DNA of 63,591 bases, filler included, from Folioceros fuciformis (lineage: Eukaryota), in assembly GCA_049999805.1 (NCBI GenBank). It is 30 parts of 30 records of this genome, joined end to end, with 100 filler letters (N's around TTAATTAATTAA, not from the genome) between each part and the next. Parts side by side here need not be neighbours in the genome. Positions count along the whole stretch, not along the records: positions 39,060 to 40,337 come from JBNGIO010007066.1; positions 40,438 to 41,614 come from JBNGIO010007067.1; positions 41,715 to 43,320 come from JBNGIO010007068.1; positions 43,421 to 44,499 come from JBNGIO010007069.1; positions 44,600 to 46,181 come from JBNGIO010007070.1; positions 46,282 to 50,746 come from JBNGIO010007071.1; positions 50,847 to 52,795 come from JBNGIO010007072.1; 23 more parts are not named here. One strand, given 5' to 3'. Shown piece after piece: positions 39,276 to 51,339 of this stretch. A program made the translations under genes and the position numbers. The notes beneath the pieces were generated by a model. It was given only the letters and a program-made list of their open reading frames with translations. It did no database searches and had not been told where the DNA came from. Numbering within the stretch: the stretch's first letter is position 1; each line of letters begins with the position of its first letter.

Positions 39276-41899
39276 CACAAGGAGAACATGTGCAAGCAGG
39301 AGATGGCGACGTGCACCAAGGTGCATAACAAGAGCCTGAAGTGGCCAGGTCCGCCACTATTATAGGCAATCCCTAGGCCCCCTAGTTTGGTGGCAGACCT
39401 GAGACGCCAGCCCGAAAGAGGCTCCCGGCAATAATAGCATAGCACGACTACCACCCAACCCGCATATCTACACCATTGTACATACAAAACACCATATGCA
39501 CCTTGCTTGCTTTCTTCTCTACCTCCTGGCGCCGCCGCTAAACGTGACCTCACGCTCTCACGTTACCACTTGTTACGCCCCATTCTTCCTCTTATTTTCA
39601 TTTTTCCTCGGGAATTACATTTGTGTGCAGCTTTCCGCAAGGTCAATCGCCCAACACACCACTTTCCCCCTCAAATTCCGTTGCCACTTTCTCCTTTTAG
39701 GCCCAAGGTCAACCCGGTCCCGGTCCCGGTTCCGGTTCCCTTTGCCCCTTCTTTATTTTCCCTCCTTATTATCAGCCGACATGCATACATACAAATATTC
39801 CAGTCCTGTGACTTGAAACCCGAGGTCTGGGAACCCACCTTAATGTCGTGCATGTCCCAGCCCAGCCTAGCCCGAGCCGGGCCGGGCCGGGCCGGGCCCC
39901 CTCGCCTCCGTCCATATACATACATGCAAGACTATAAATAGTAAACCGGGATGCCAACTGGGCGTGAAATTAACACACATAATAATAAGTCCGTCCGTCC
40001 GTCCTTCCATGCACGGCCACAGCGCTGCACGCTTTGGCAGGTCCGGCCCGCCCCGACCTGCCGCGCTGTCGGGGGATGTCAGAAACGGCATGATGTGCGC
40101 ATGCATGCATGCATGTCAGCAGCTCCGCCATTATTGCATGGCCCCGTTCCCGTTCCCGTTCCCGTTCCGTTACTGACCCTGCTTGGTTAAGCCAAGCTAA
40201 GCTTCAGTGCGATGTGGCAAGGCGCGGCCGCTATCCTGATTCCTGGAGCCGGATTAGCACAGCTTATCTGGCTCCACGGTGCGGCGCGGGAAAGGAGGCG
40301 TCGGCCGGATTGGTGACGGGTTGGAGTGGGGCTCCGANNNNNNNNNNNNNNNNNNNNNNNNNNNNNNNNNNNNNNNNNNNNTTAATTAATTAANNNNNNN
40401 NNNNNNNNNNNNNNNNNNNNNNNNNNNNNNNNNNNNNCCCCAAGGCCACCGGCTGGGCCGGTGGCATTCGCCTTGCCCGCTCGCACCCTCCCGGTGACAA
40501 CGACTGCCGGTGTCAGGGAAGGACTTAATGACGCGCCCCCTGCGCTTTACCGCCAATCGTTAAAACCTCATTTCACCAGTCACCACTCGCTCGGGTGTGT
40601 GGTGGACCCCGCACCGTCTCTCAACCCCACTCCCACCCCCGTTCGCTCCCCTCCGCCCGTTCCCGTTCCGTCCTGCCGGTATATTTTTTTCCGCCCCTTG
40701 CTGTGCTATGCTATGCTACGCTTTGCTTTGCTTTGCTTTGCTTTGCATTGCTTTGCTTTGTTTCTGTTCTGCTTCCCTTCCCTTTGTTCTGATCTGCTCT
40801 GCTCTCCTCTGCTCTTCTCTGCTTTGCCATCGCTCTCTGTTTTGTTTTATTTTACAACGTTGTTTCCACCGTGTGAGCTGTGCTTGGCTCTGCTTTGCGA
40901 CGCACCAGCTTGCTTGCTTGCTCGTTGCCGGGCACTGCTGCTGTGCTGCTTCTCTTTCTTAATCCTGCTCCGCGGCCGCCGATCTTACACAGGAGCTACT
41001 CTGGCTGGCTGGAGATCTGCCGCCCCGGCGTGCCTCATCTTTTTCCGCAAATCTGCGCCCGAGAGTGAGTCTTTGTGTTGCCCGCGATCTGCAGGTGCTG
41101 CTGCGGCTGTGTCTGCGCTTTCTTTGAGTGTGCTAGCGCTGGTGCTGTGCAAAGATTTAGGCCGGCGGAGGGATTTTGCAGAATTTTCGGTGCGGGTTTG
41201 AGGTGCTCACAGCAATTGCGGCGCGCGGGGATGTTGTTGCTGAGGCGGCGGTAGAGTGTATGGGGTGACTTGTGACGTGCTGCTGCCATGCCTGGACGGC
41301 CGGGATGGAGGCGCCCTTTCCAGGATCTTCACAACACTTCAATGTTCTCTCTCAGCTCTTAAGCTTACGTCCCAGGATTAGAAGAAGCCGAGAGTAGTCG
41401 TGACTCTCTCTTGGCTTGGCTTGCCTTGCCTTGCCTTGCCTTGCCTTGGCTGCCTTCCTTGTTCCCACTTCTCTGCACCCAGTAATTTGCCTGCTGCTCA
41501 GCTGCCCCGACCGCTCTGTTTTTTCTGTGCGTCGGTAGCACTTGGAGGACGTACCGAATTGCTGGAATAGATTACTCCCAGTCTATGCATGGAAGGCAGG
41601 GAAGCAGGGGGAGCNNNNNNNNNNNNNNNNNNNNNNNNNNNNNNNNNNNNNNNNNNNNTTAATTAATTAANNNNNNNNNNNNNNNNNNNNNNNNNNNNNN
41701 NNNNNNNNNNNNNNCATACCCTTAACCATAATAATATACTATATAGCTAGGTGAGTAAATATCATAAAATATATTTGAAATACTTATATATATGTTATTT
41801 TATTTTACAACTATAAATCCTCTAGAAATAAGAGTATGCTATTAATGCGTGACTAGTTAGATGAGTTTTCTCATCTTATTTTCTACAATAAATAAAAGA

Positions 41900-43320
41900 C
41901 TACATTCCCAATGCCTCACCTAATTCTCGAGCTAGTTTTATAGATAAATATGAGAGAAGGTTAATTTCACTATAATAAATGTTTAACGTCTCTTGAGAAG
42001 TCGGAAGTTTACTATGAAGTATTTCTTGCAATCTCAAACTTTGAACAAATATTTGCATGTATCTAAATTTTATAGTTGTATTCAATCTAATGTCCTTTAC
42101 AGTTACCTCAAATTCACCATGTTGTGAATCCATTATTTTCTCTCCATTTTTTCCAGCTCTTTGATAATATCCTCTCCATTTGTGTATGGTTTTGAGTTTG
42201 ACTGACTTGACATTATACTTTCCAGAGAGAGTGGTGACCTTATAACAAGAAGCATCACTAGAGTTTTCGCTTCTCAAGTTTTTCATTAAAGAGGCGCAAA
42301 TTGTATGTGAGATATTTTTCACCCCATCATAGTCGGTAGTAAAAAGCTCATGGTAACTGGGTTTTAATGGCACAACTCTAGTTGTCAATGACACTCTGAG
42401 ATCAAGTGCCCCACTTTCCCTCACCAAGTTTGCATGAAGAGGGTTCCCTGCTGCAAGCTTTACTTGAAACTCTTTGTTGGTTTCAAAATAGCTCAGAACC
42501 TCTTCAAAGGACATGTTACCTTGTTGGACTTGAGAGGCAATGAATAGAGTGTTTCGAGCTCGGTTACTACTCAAGTCGAAATATTTCACCGACATCTTCC
42601 ATTTTGGCATGTCATGTGGGGTGAAAGCACGGTTCCTCAGAAACGTGCTTAAGTGAAGCACTGATGTGTCTCTATTGACAATAGGTGCAATTGGGTTGAC
42701 AGTTTGCAGGAAGAATTTATTACTACAAGTCCCAGGTTGCCAGTGCTCTTCAAGCTGTGGAAATGAAACTTTGAGCATGGTTTCATCCGACCATTCCTTC
42801 ACGAAATGTGAATCCATGTTTCGACTGGTGAAAAAGAAATGCACTAACTGGACTTTCAATTTTAGATGCGTCCAAGCTTCTTCAAGTGTAGCTTTCACAC
42901 TCTCCACACGGCGCACAATCTTCTCCAACAGCTCTGAATTGAGCACAACCCAATCTCCCACCATGATCTCTTGTCCAGTTTCCTTCCTCTTTTCAACACC
43001 ATCTCCACATTCTTCTTGCACGCTTTCCACATCGGCCCCAGTATTTATTAAGTCTGGTAAACCGCTCCCCACGTAATAATACACATCAAGAAGTTCAGCG
43101 TGCATTGGGTTTCGCACTCTCTTCATCACCGTCAATAGCACATACTCATGCAACCAGTCCCTTGCTTCAAGTTGGTGAAAATAAAAAACATGGTCCCCTA
43201 CATTGCAAGTTGTGCGAAAGCATGTCAAGCTATGTGCTATCTTTCTGCTTCGATCTTGGTGCCCACACATCACTTCCCATACAATTTCTCGCAATTGGAA
43301 AGCTGCTGTGTTCACATTGG
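41900..43320 (-). CDS. Hypothetical protein, at least 471 aa, intronless, 5'-truncated, no recognised family
   Basis: A stop-free frame of 1.42 kb runs from the contig edge in AT-rich DNA, where this is very unlikely by chance. Composition looks globular, and a very AT-rich 3' flank follows. Confidence 0.75.
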
Positions 43321-45068
43321 NNNNNNNNNNNNNNNNNNNNNNNNNNNNNNNNNNNNNNNNNNNNTTAATTAATTAANNNNNNNNNNNNNNNNNNNNNNNN
43401 NNNNNNNNNNNNNNNNNNNNGTGGTGGCCTCTCACCGTCACCCCAACCCCGAGCAGTCTCAAGATTCCGCCTCCCCTGCAGCCACGCCACCAACAGTCCC
43501 ATACATGAACAAACAGATCCCCACGACGCTCATCGCGGCGGGGGGAGCTGCTACATGCTGCGAAAATCCCAATCCAAATCCGTTACAAAAAAAATTTCCT
43601 CCTCTCCGGTGGCCCAAAATTCGCGACTCGGGCGCACGGCACGCTTCCACAGAAGCTTGGGGGCGGCAGACTGGCACGGGAACAGGATCGGAGAAGCCAA
43701 GCGCAAGCCCCAGGCCATCAGCTCAGCTCAATTCCAGAACGCTCCACCCGCCCGCCAATCCGACCCCTCTGGCGCAATGCGACAAGGCGCCGTGGCGGCC
43801 ACTACCTCGGCCCGACATGCTCATCAGCTAGCTTAGCTCCAGCTGCAATTATAAAGCCCCACGCAATTCACGCCCACTCGCGGCCGGGGCACCGGGAGGC
43901 ACGGACGCCATTAACCGCACCGCACCGCACCGCACCGCACGCAACGAGGCCACACAATCGCAAAGTTGAGCAACCCTCCAATGAGCGGCAAAAGCTACTG
44001 GCTTGGGCCGCTCATGAAGCCGCTTGTGTGCGGTGCGCTGCAGGCAGGCAGGCAGCTCTGGCAGCGGCAGGAGCTCAGCGGCGGCTTTCTGCTGCTCCGG
44101 CCAGAGCGAGAGCGACAGAGACAGAGACAGCGACGGCGGGAGGCAGGACGGCGCGCAAGTACATACAGCCCCCGCTGCCCAGCGAGCGAGAGCAGCTCAA
44201 CTCGAGGGAGAGGGAAGCCAAGGCAAAGCCTGGCGTGGCCTGGCCTGGCCTCGCCCCTGGCTGGCGAATGGAGACAGGCCCAAAAATGCGACACAGGCGG
44301 GGACGACACGGAGCGCGAGCTCGAGCGCGCGGCCAGACGGCAGGCCTGACCTTGTCTGATATATATGAAGCCCCCCAGGCCTGGCCTCCAGGGAGAGCGT
44401 GCGCACGCCTACTGCTACTGCGACTCGCTCGACTCAAGAAACGACTCAAAAATCACGCACTCCTGACTCAGCCCAGCCCAGCCCAGCCCAGCCCAGCCCN
44501 NNNNNNNNNNNNNNNNNNNNNNNNNNNNNNNNNNNNNNNNNNNTTAATTAATTAANNNNNNNNNNNNNNNNNNNNNNNNNNNNNNNNNNNNNNNNNNNNG
44601 TAGCCGGTAGCAGCGTCCTCCGCTGGCCCGTCTGGGCTTTACTTGAAGTGGTGGTCGAGACGACAGCCACTCTTCTTAGCCCACCAACACTAACGGGATG
44701 GCGTACATCATTGGCATTCGCTACCCGTCATCCAACAAGAAAAGAGACGAGAAGAGGCATCCGGCAGCCGGTTGCCAGAGCCACCAAAATACCTTTATAT
44801 TAAGTGCCCCGCTCCCTCGGCCCCCTAAACCCTAAAAATAATTATAATCATTTCAAATATCCGTCGTACGTATTACTTCTTCTTTTTTATCTAATTGCTT
44901 TATAGCTTTTCTAACATATGCACAAGAGGAGCTTTGGTTAGGGTTACCCGTTAAGGTGCCTCTCTTCTCTTTTGTACTAGTTCATTCCGTCTAGATGATA
45001 GATTCTATTCCTTCCCTTCAAACATTGTCCATCATCTTGGGTCGAGCTGGCCCACGACCAGCTTGACG

Positions 45069-45336
45069 AAAAAGAGAACACAGCAAGGAGAATGTAAAAT
45101 AAGTATGTGCAAGTCCTCTATGCACGACTACCTTGAAAAAGAGAACATAACAAGAACAATTTGAAATATGTATGTTCAAGTCCTTCGTGCACAACCAACT
45201 TGAAGAAGAGAACATAACAAGGAGAGTCTGAAATATGTATGTTCAAGTCCTGTGTGCACGACCAGCTTGAAGAAGTGAACATAACAAGGAAAATCTGAAG
45301 TATGTATGTTCAAGTCCTCCACGAACGACAAGTGAC
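45069..45336. repeat. Four degenerate 67-bp tandem repeats
   Basis: Units beginning AA(A/G)AAG(A/T)GAAC at 45069, 45136, 45203 and 45270 share TATGT(T/G)CAAGTCCT. Confidence 0.9.
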
Positions 45337-46018
45337 CAAAAGAAAAGAAAAAAAAGGAAGCGAAGTGGTCAAGGAAGTGGTCACAAGTGACCACTTCCTT
45401 GATCTAGGAATCGCTTCCATGAGTGAGGAGTAGCCGCAATGCCCAAGAAAAACAAATACTTCCTTGCTCTAGGAATCGCTTCCATGAGTGAGGAGTAGCC
45501 GTAATGCCCTTCCTTCTCCATGGCCTCACGTGTACATACGTGCACCGTTCTCTTGATGAGCAATCTATTCATTTTTTGGCATGTACATTTCTTTGTATCT
45601 TTCCCTTTCTTGAGCTGTCCTTTCTCATGCTATGTTACATGTACAAGTTAAGCTTGATCCTTTTCCTTCCATGCTCCCATGGGTTTTACACTCTTCCGTG
45701 GCACACTTGTGGATGGCTCTATTTCATTGTGAGTTTATTTTTGGTAGTAGAGCAGAGCTTAGAGGGACATCTCCATTCATCTCCACGTTGTCTGTTGCTC
45801 ACAACAAAGCATAGGAGAGCACAATAGTAAGAGAGACGTCTCCTATCATCTCTAGGCTGTCTATTATTCACACTAAAGTAGAGCATAGCATAGCAATATG
45901 TCTCCATTTGTCTCATTTGTCATCATGTGACAATGAACATCCCATCCCAACGGTCAGCATTTGGCAGGGCTGCTTTCAAGAAGAGCGAAATCATGCCTTC
46001 AGCTTTGACTCTTTCACA

Positions 46019-46181
46019 GCATTCTCAAAATTACTTGCTACAATGGTTGGGCATTCTCAAAATTACTTGCTACAATGGTTGGGCATTCTCAAAATTACTT
46101 GCTACAATGGTTGGGCATTCTCAAAATTACTTGCTACAATGGTTGGGCATTCTCAAAATTACTTGCTACAATGGTTGGGCA
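46019..46181. repeat. Perfect 32-bp tandem repeat (5+ copies, cut by contig end)
   Basis: Unit GCATTCTCAAAATTACTTGCTACAATGGTTGG at 46019, 46051, 46083, 46115 and 46147, with no spacers. Confidence 0.97.
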
Positions 46182-48021
46182 NNNNNNNNNNNNNNNNNNN
46201 NNNNNNNNNNNNNNNNNNNNNNNNNTTAATTAATTAANNNNNNNNNNNNNNNNNNNNNNNNNNNNNNNNNNNNNNNNNNNNACAGCCATATAGTCTCCTC
46301 AGTGCATCACCCCCTGTCTGTATGTATTACGCCGCATCATTAGGGTTCAGGGTCGCAAATGCATCCATAACGCTTCTGACTACTCTCTCGGTCTCCCACT
46401 GGCCCCACTCATTGAGACTGTACCCGACCAATAAAACATGCAATATCAAAATCAAAATACTATGTATGTGGCTTTGTATTCAAAGACCGGCAACCATTTT
46501 CCTCTCATACATGTACTACTTCCGTACGAACGTACGTCGGTGGGTTTCAGAGGTTGCTCGCCACTTCCTAACTTTTTTTTTTTTCTTTTCTTTCATGGAG
46601 CCATCCAAATCTATTCAGGGTAGCACGTTGGAGTACTTGCAATATGGACAAGATTTCTGGCACACCCAGGTGTGTGTATGCACGTTGGAATTTCGGAATT
46701 TTTTTATCTTAAAAAATAAAATTCTTGTCCAATCCAGTATGTAGAGAGTGACGTTTAAAGATTTGAGCAGGCCAAAGTTTGGTGGAGTGAAACAACAAAC
46801 GCTTCAAGTTCTAATTTTGGTCTGTAATTTAAATTTTATAATTTTAAAAAATAAAACAAAACAAGAAAAAAGGGGAAAATAGAAGAGGATAAGGTCTGGT
46901 TAACATCACCTTGTCTACTAACAATTGGGCAGTATTGTTTTGGCATCTCCACTTCACTAATCACTTTTGAGCTTTTCTTCAACCATAGATAGATGGCCTG
47001 GCTAGAAGAGGGGAGAAGGAAAAGCGAGCAAGCAAGCAAACAAACAAACAAACAAACAAACAAATCTTTATTGGGATCAAGGCAGGATTATGATAATCAT
47101 CCATTATCAAATTTAGTGCAAAAGGAAGAAACCACTTTTCCAGACAACGTCATGTTTTGTTTTTCAGGGGACGGGACGGGACGAGACAAACCTTGATAGG
47201 AGAAAGCTTTGCCTTGACGGTAACGATTGCAAGGTGTGTAAGAGCTGTGTCTCCTTGGGCACATGGAAGGCTGTGCGTTGAGGACAGGAATCCTAATATT
47301 ACACAACGACATGTTTGCAAGTATGTGGTGCCAGTAGCAGAGGAAGAGTATTGTACTTGGCAGACGTCAGCAGATCGAGCGAGAGATACCAGGACCGGGT
47401 CATGCACACGGGGAAAGCCGCACCTGTCATGGAGGTGACAAGAAGGGTATTGGTTGTGATGTAATGACACACTAAGCACTAAGCTGGGTGATGATTCACG
47501 AGTCCAGGACATATGTTCGATTGCCAGCAACACACGTTGCAGGGGAAACAGTGCTGGAGAGAGGACCCCAGCTGGCACAGAGGCAGAATTACAAGTTCCG
47601 TTTTAAGTCTCACTACAGGAAGGGAATGGACGTCACATACGACCCTTGACACACTACGGCTTTATCCAGGACAGAAACCTGGGGGAGGGGGGGGGCCTGG
47701 AAATGGCTGGCGTCGTAACGTAAGGGTAGGTGCGGATGGGTACATACCACGAAGCTTCGCATTGATGCTGCCAGGCCAGTCATCATACATGGCTGCTGCA
47801 GGCGGCTCGTGATTCGGCCCTTGCGTCAATGCCCACTTTGCCCAACCACCAGCACACAGCAAAGTAGCCATCAGGGAGGCACCATGTGTGGAGGGCACCT
47901 GGGAGGGCAGTCCGCCGGTACTGGTGGACGTGGACTGGTGGGCAGTGTCACACCGGAATACGTGCTGCTTGAGGTCCGAGGAGGGTATGGATGTTGCGTG
48001 ATGGATGGTACAGATGTAGCC

Positions 48022-50290
48022 CTAGCGTGCTGTTTCCTTGGCTCGCAGCTTCTCTAATCTTGACTGTTGCAGGCAGTGAGAGGAGAGTAGTTAGCAGCAT
48101 GCAGGCCATTAGGGGAACATGGGTCGTTGTGAGAAGGATTGTGGGAGGTGGGTTCGTACCTTAATGAAGAGTGTTACCAGTGCTAGCATGGTGAGGAGCA
48201 CGGCAGCGGAGAAGGCACCTTGTGTGTTGTACTCCTGCGGATACAATGGATTGACAAGTTCTTGGATGGTGAGAGTCCCGACACATCCAGGTAGAAGCGA
48301 GTGTGAGAAGGTCAAGGTACGATGGCGGGTGCGAGGTCGGTACCTTGTAGGCAGACTCCACAAATAGGGACAGAGTTTGGGTCCTTCCTATGATGTTGCC
48401 TGAAATGACAGAAACTGCACCAAATTCTCCCATTGCTCTCTGAAAGTACGGTTGGTGAGAGCAAGTGACGTAAGTAAGGGAGATTTCATAGGGCACACCA
48501 AGTGGAGGGAAGAAAACTCGGGATATGCTGGGGGTGATGGTGCTCACTGCAGTGCAAAGCGTGATTCCATACAAAAGTCCCAGCCGAACATTTGGCATGG
48601 TGACGTCCCAAAACACCTGCGTTAGTAGAGAGTGTCGAGACAGACAGAACACTGCATTACTACGAGGACACATTGACTAGTCAGATGATGGAAAAAGAGT
48701 GTGCAGACAGTACGAAGTGGGAGGCCGGAAGAGGTCACACTGACCTCCCACTCATTAGCACCCATAGTTCGTGCTGCCTCCTCCTCAAAAATGTCCATCT
48801 CTTGAAGGACCTGAGCAAGCGAAATGTGTATCAACAAACCGGTCACACCATGTCACTAAACCATTGCAGGCGCTCCCGACTCCTGACGAACAACACTGTT
48901 GCTGTACTGTACTCACAGGAACAACTTCACGGACTACGAAAGGGATGGTCACAAAAGCAGTCGCCAGCACCATCCCTGTAGAATGAAGGCCACGCATAGT
49001 TCAGACCAACACCAATGAATTTGTACACCTGCACCTTCCATCCACCACACATGGAAACATGATGCCAAGCAACACACGATCCCATTACCAGGTAAAGCGA
49101 ACACGACCTCGATGTTCAGGGCACGAAGTAAAGGTGCAAAGACTCCCTGAAAAGCCATGACAAAGAGTACAAACGTCAGACAGAATCATTCACCCCGGGA
49201 CACAGCGAGGCAACAGAGTCTGGGGGATGATGAAAAGGTGGGAAGGGGAGTACTACCTCTCGGCCATAGAGAAGCATCAACATAAGCCCAGTGACCACGG
49301 GGGATATGCTGAATGGGAGATCGATGAAGCTCAGCAACAGCGCCTAGAAACAGAAATAGGCCGGTCAAGAACTGCTCCAACAGTACGAGCAGCAGCACAC
49401 GTGCTCAAAGTGGACTAATCCAGAGAGTACCTTGCCTGGAAAATCATGTCGTGTGACCCAAAGGGCAATGGTGAGCCCAAAGATGGTGTTCATGGGAACC
49501 ACTATACCGGCCACGATGAGCGTCATCTTGACCTGTGCTGTCCACCGTGGCATCCCACGCTGGTTCAGGGAGGTGTCGACCTCCACAGCAAATCACCAAA
49601 GAGAACAGAAGCAAAGGAGCCTACCGCGTGCTGGAAGTCAGGATCCAGCAGGTTGAGAATAAACGGCATCACGCCATTCGAGAAAGCCTACACAACAACA
49701 ACAACAGAGAGAAGCACATTGGCCCAAGGCATGAAACTTACAAAAAACCCCCGTCCAACCCATTCATCAAGGGATAGGCACCTGGAGGAAGAAAATGAGG
49801 GCAGGACAGGCCCAGATTCACCTGCGCAAAAACATTGGCCATTGGGATGACGATCATGAGCATCATGTACGACACCCCAACTGCCACCAGAAGCCATTCC
49901 ACGGGATGCTTCGGCTGCGGGACGCCACCACAAAAGAGTCAGGCAGGGGCTTGATTCCACAATCTCTGAAATCCAATGCCCAGGACATGCAATCACAGAA
50001 ACACCCACCGGCCTGCCCTTTGCAGACTTGCGCATTCCCTGCGCGCCACCTCCCGCCCTAACAACCCCAAGCTTGCCACTACGAGTTCCTCCCCAGCATG
50101 GCTGGTGCGCCTTCCTCCCGCCATACCTCCAGCTCACGCAGGCCGGCAACTTCCAGGAAGATCCCAACCCGTCTCCCAGACTGGCATGAATCCTCCGAGC
50201 CCCTGACGGCAAATCTCTGGCAAGCAAGCCAGCTGCCGTAGGCAGCAGGTCGACACGAGACCTCACCAGCACCCGCAGTGAGGACGCCAT
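48022..50290 (-). CDS. cysW: Nuclear-encoded CysW/SULP2-type sulfate ABC transporter permease with putative plastid transit peptide, 363 aa; exons 50290-50009, 49914-49822, 49687-49625, 49532-49431, 49343-49257, 49146-49089, 48975-48917, 48810-48745, 48616-48548, 48439-48344, 48234-48160, 48063-48022
   Basis: Twelve exons with GT-AG introns sum to 1092 nt in frame. Motifs: FPGKALLLSFIDLPFSISPVVTGLM, VFALPGMVLATAFVTIPFVVREVVP, EAA loop EEEAARTMGANEW, RAMGEFGAVSVISGNIIGRTQTL and FVESAYKEYNTQGAFSAAVLL. Confidence 0.93.
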
Positions 50291-50442
50291 CCTAACCGCG
50301 TGAGTGGGCACCACCGGTACCAGCGTACTAGACTATCACGATTCATGAATCGCGATTCACGAGTGGCGACTAATGAATTGCGTTTCACGACTCACGTTTC
50401 ACGTTCGCTCCATCATCTTCGCTGCAGCCTGCGTTGAGATTG

Positions 50443-50517
50443 ATGAGACGACTTTGTCGTGGCGCCAAATCTGCACAACTGTTTCACCGGGCCTTCTCGT
50501 CTGCCCACGTTAAGAAG
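50443..50517 (+). CDS. Possible first exon of a divergent gene with a mitochondrial-presequence-like peptide
   Basis: MRRLCRGAKSAQLFHRAFSSAHVKK (Arg/Ser/Ala-rich, no acidic residues, RAFSS cleavage-like site) ends at AAG|GTGATG. I could not confirm a downstream exon. Confidence 0.3.
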
Positions 50518-51339
50518 GTGATGCCCGCAGTTCGCTTGCCTGGCTTCGGCTTTTCTTGCTTTTCCTTTTGTCCCAATTCTTCTATAAATGTTGGAGGTAT
50601 GTAAGTTGTTTTGAAAGGAGCTCGCGCAAGGCAAGGCAAGGCAAGGGAAGGCGATCTTGTGAAGTGAGACTGCCTGACTATACGTCGACATCGTCATCGG
50701 GAGAGCAAAATCGCAAAATCCGAGGCAGGCCAGGAGAAGGCTCACANNNNNNNNNNNNNNNNNNNNNNNNNNNNNNNNNNNNNNNNNNNNTTAATTAATT
50801 AANNNNNNNNNNNNNNNNNNNNNNNNNNNNNNNNNNNNNNNNNNNNGGGCCATGACCTAGTACTCCCCCATCCATTGTGGCTTGTTGGAGTTTGGGACAA
50901 CAATGTGCTGAAGTAAAGAATCGCCGAGGAGCCTTCAATTCGATGACAGATTGTGCTGAACCTAGCCTCCTTTGAAAGCTCACTTGCGTAACCTTCACCC
51001 ACACCCAGACCCTCTTGAACGATACTCGTGGTCCTCCTCCTAATAGTCTCCCACAGCCCGTCCAGTCGGACATCATCTGCGGCTCCTAGCTGCAATGACC
51101 TAGTAGGTAATGCCTGCATCTCTTCCCCTTTAGGCATCCAGTAGTAGAAGGTGCTCTCCACCTTCTTTCGCATGATTACGCAAATTTTCACCTGAGTGAT
51201 GGTTGCATCTACAAGCCATGGGAAGAAATCTTCTTGGATTCGGTGAGCCCATCGCTGCGTTGCCAAGTTAGCTCTCCAAGGCTTCTTCTGGACTCCTTGA
51301 AACCCCGGTAGGGTTTGGGATTGGGTCTTCACTGAGCTG

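Noticed and set aside
41260-41397. Frame MG*LVTCCCHAWTAGM...LRPRIRRSRE as a conserved-peptide uORF of LHW-type bHLH genes
   Set aside because: The AGM...RPRI resemblance is loose and from memory, the spacing differs, a stop follows the first ATG and no main ORF is on the contig.
39060-41614. ORFs such as 40461-41201 (246 aa, Leu/Cys/Phe-rich) and 39008-39553
   Set aside because: They arise from microsatellites ((CTTTG)n, (GCTCCG)n) in promoter/UTR-like DNA. A TATAAAT at about 39933 and a (CATG)4 RY-like run at about 40100 were noted but cannot be tied to a gene.
44600-44840. Minus-strand TATA plus telo-box (AAACCCTAA) and small hairpins as an snRNA/Pol III gene
   Set aside because: There is no USE element, Sm site or recognisable RNA family, and the stems are short and imperfect.
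46019-46181. 32-bp identical repeats as a CRISPR array
   Set aside because: The units are head-to-tail with no spacers, there are no cas genes and the context is eukaryotic.
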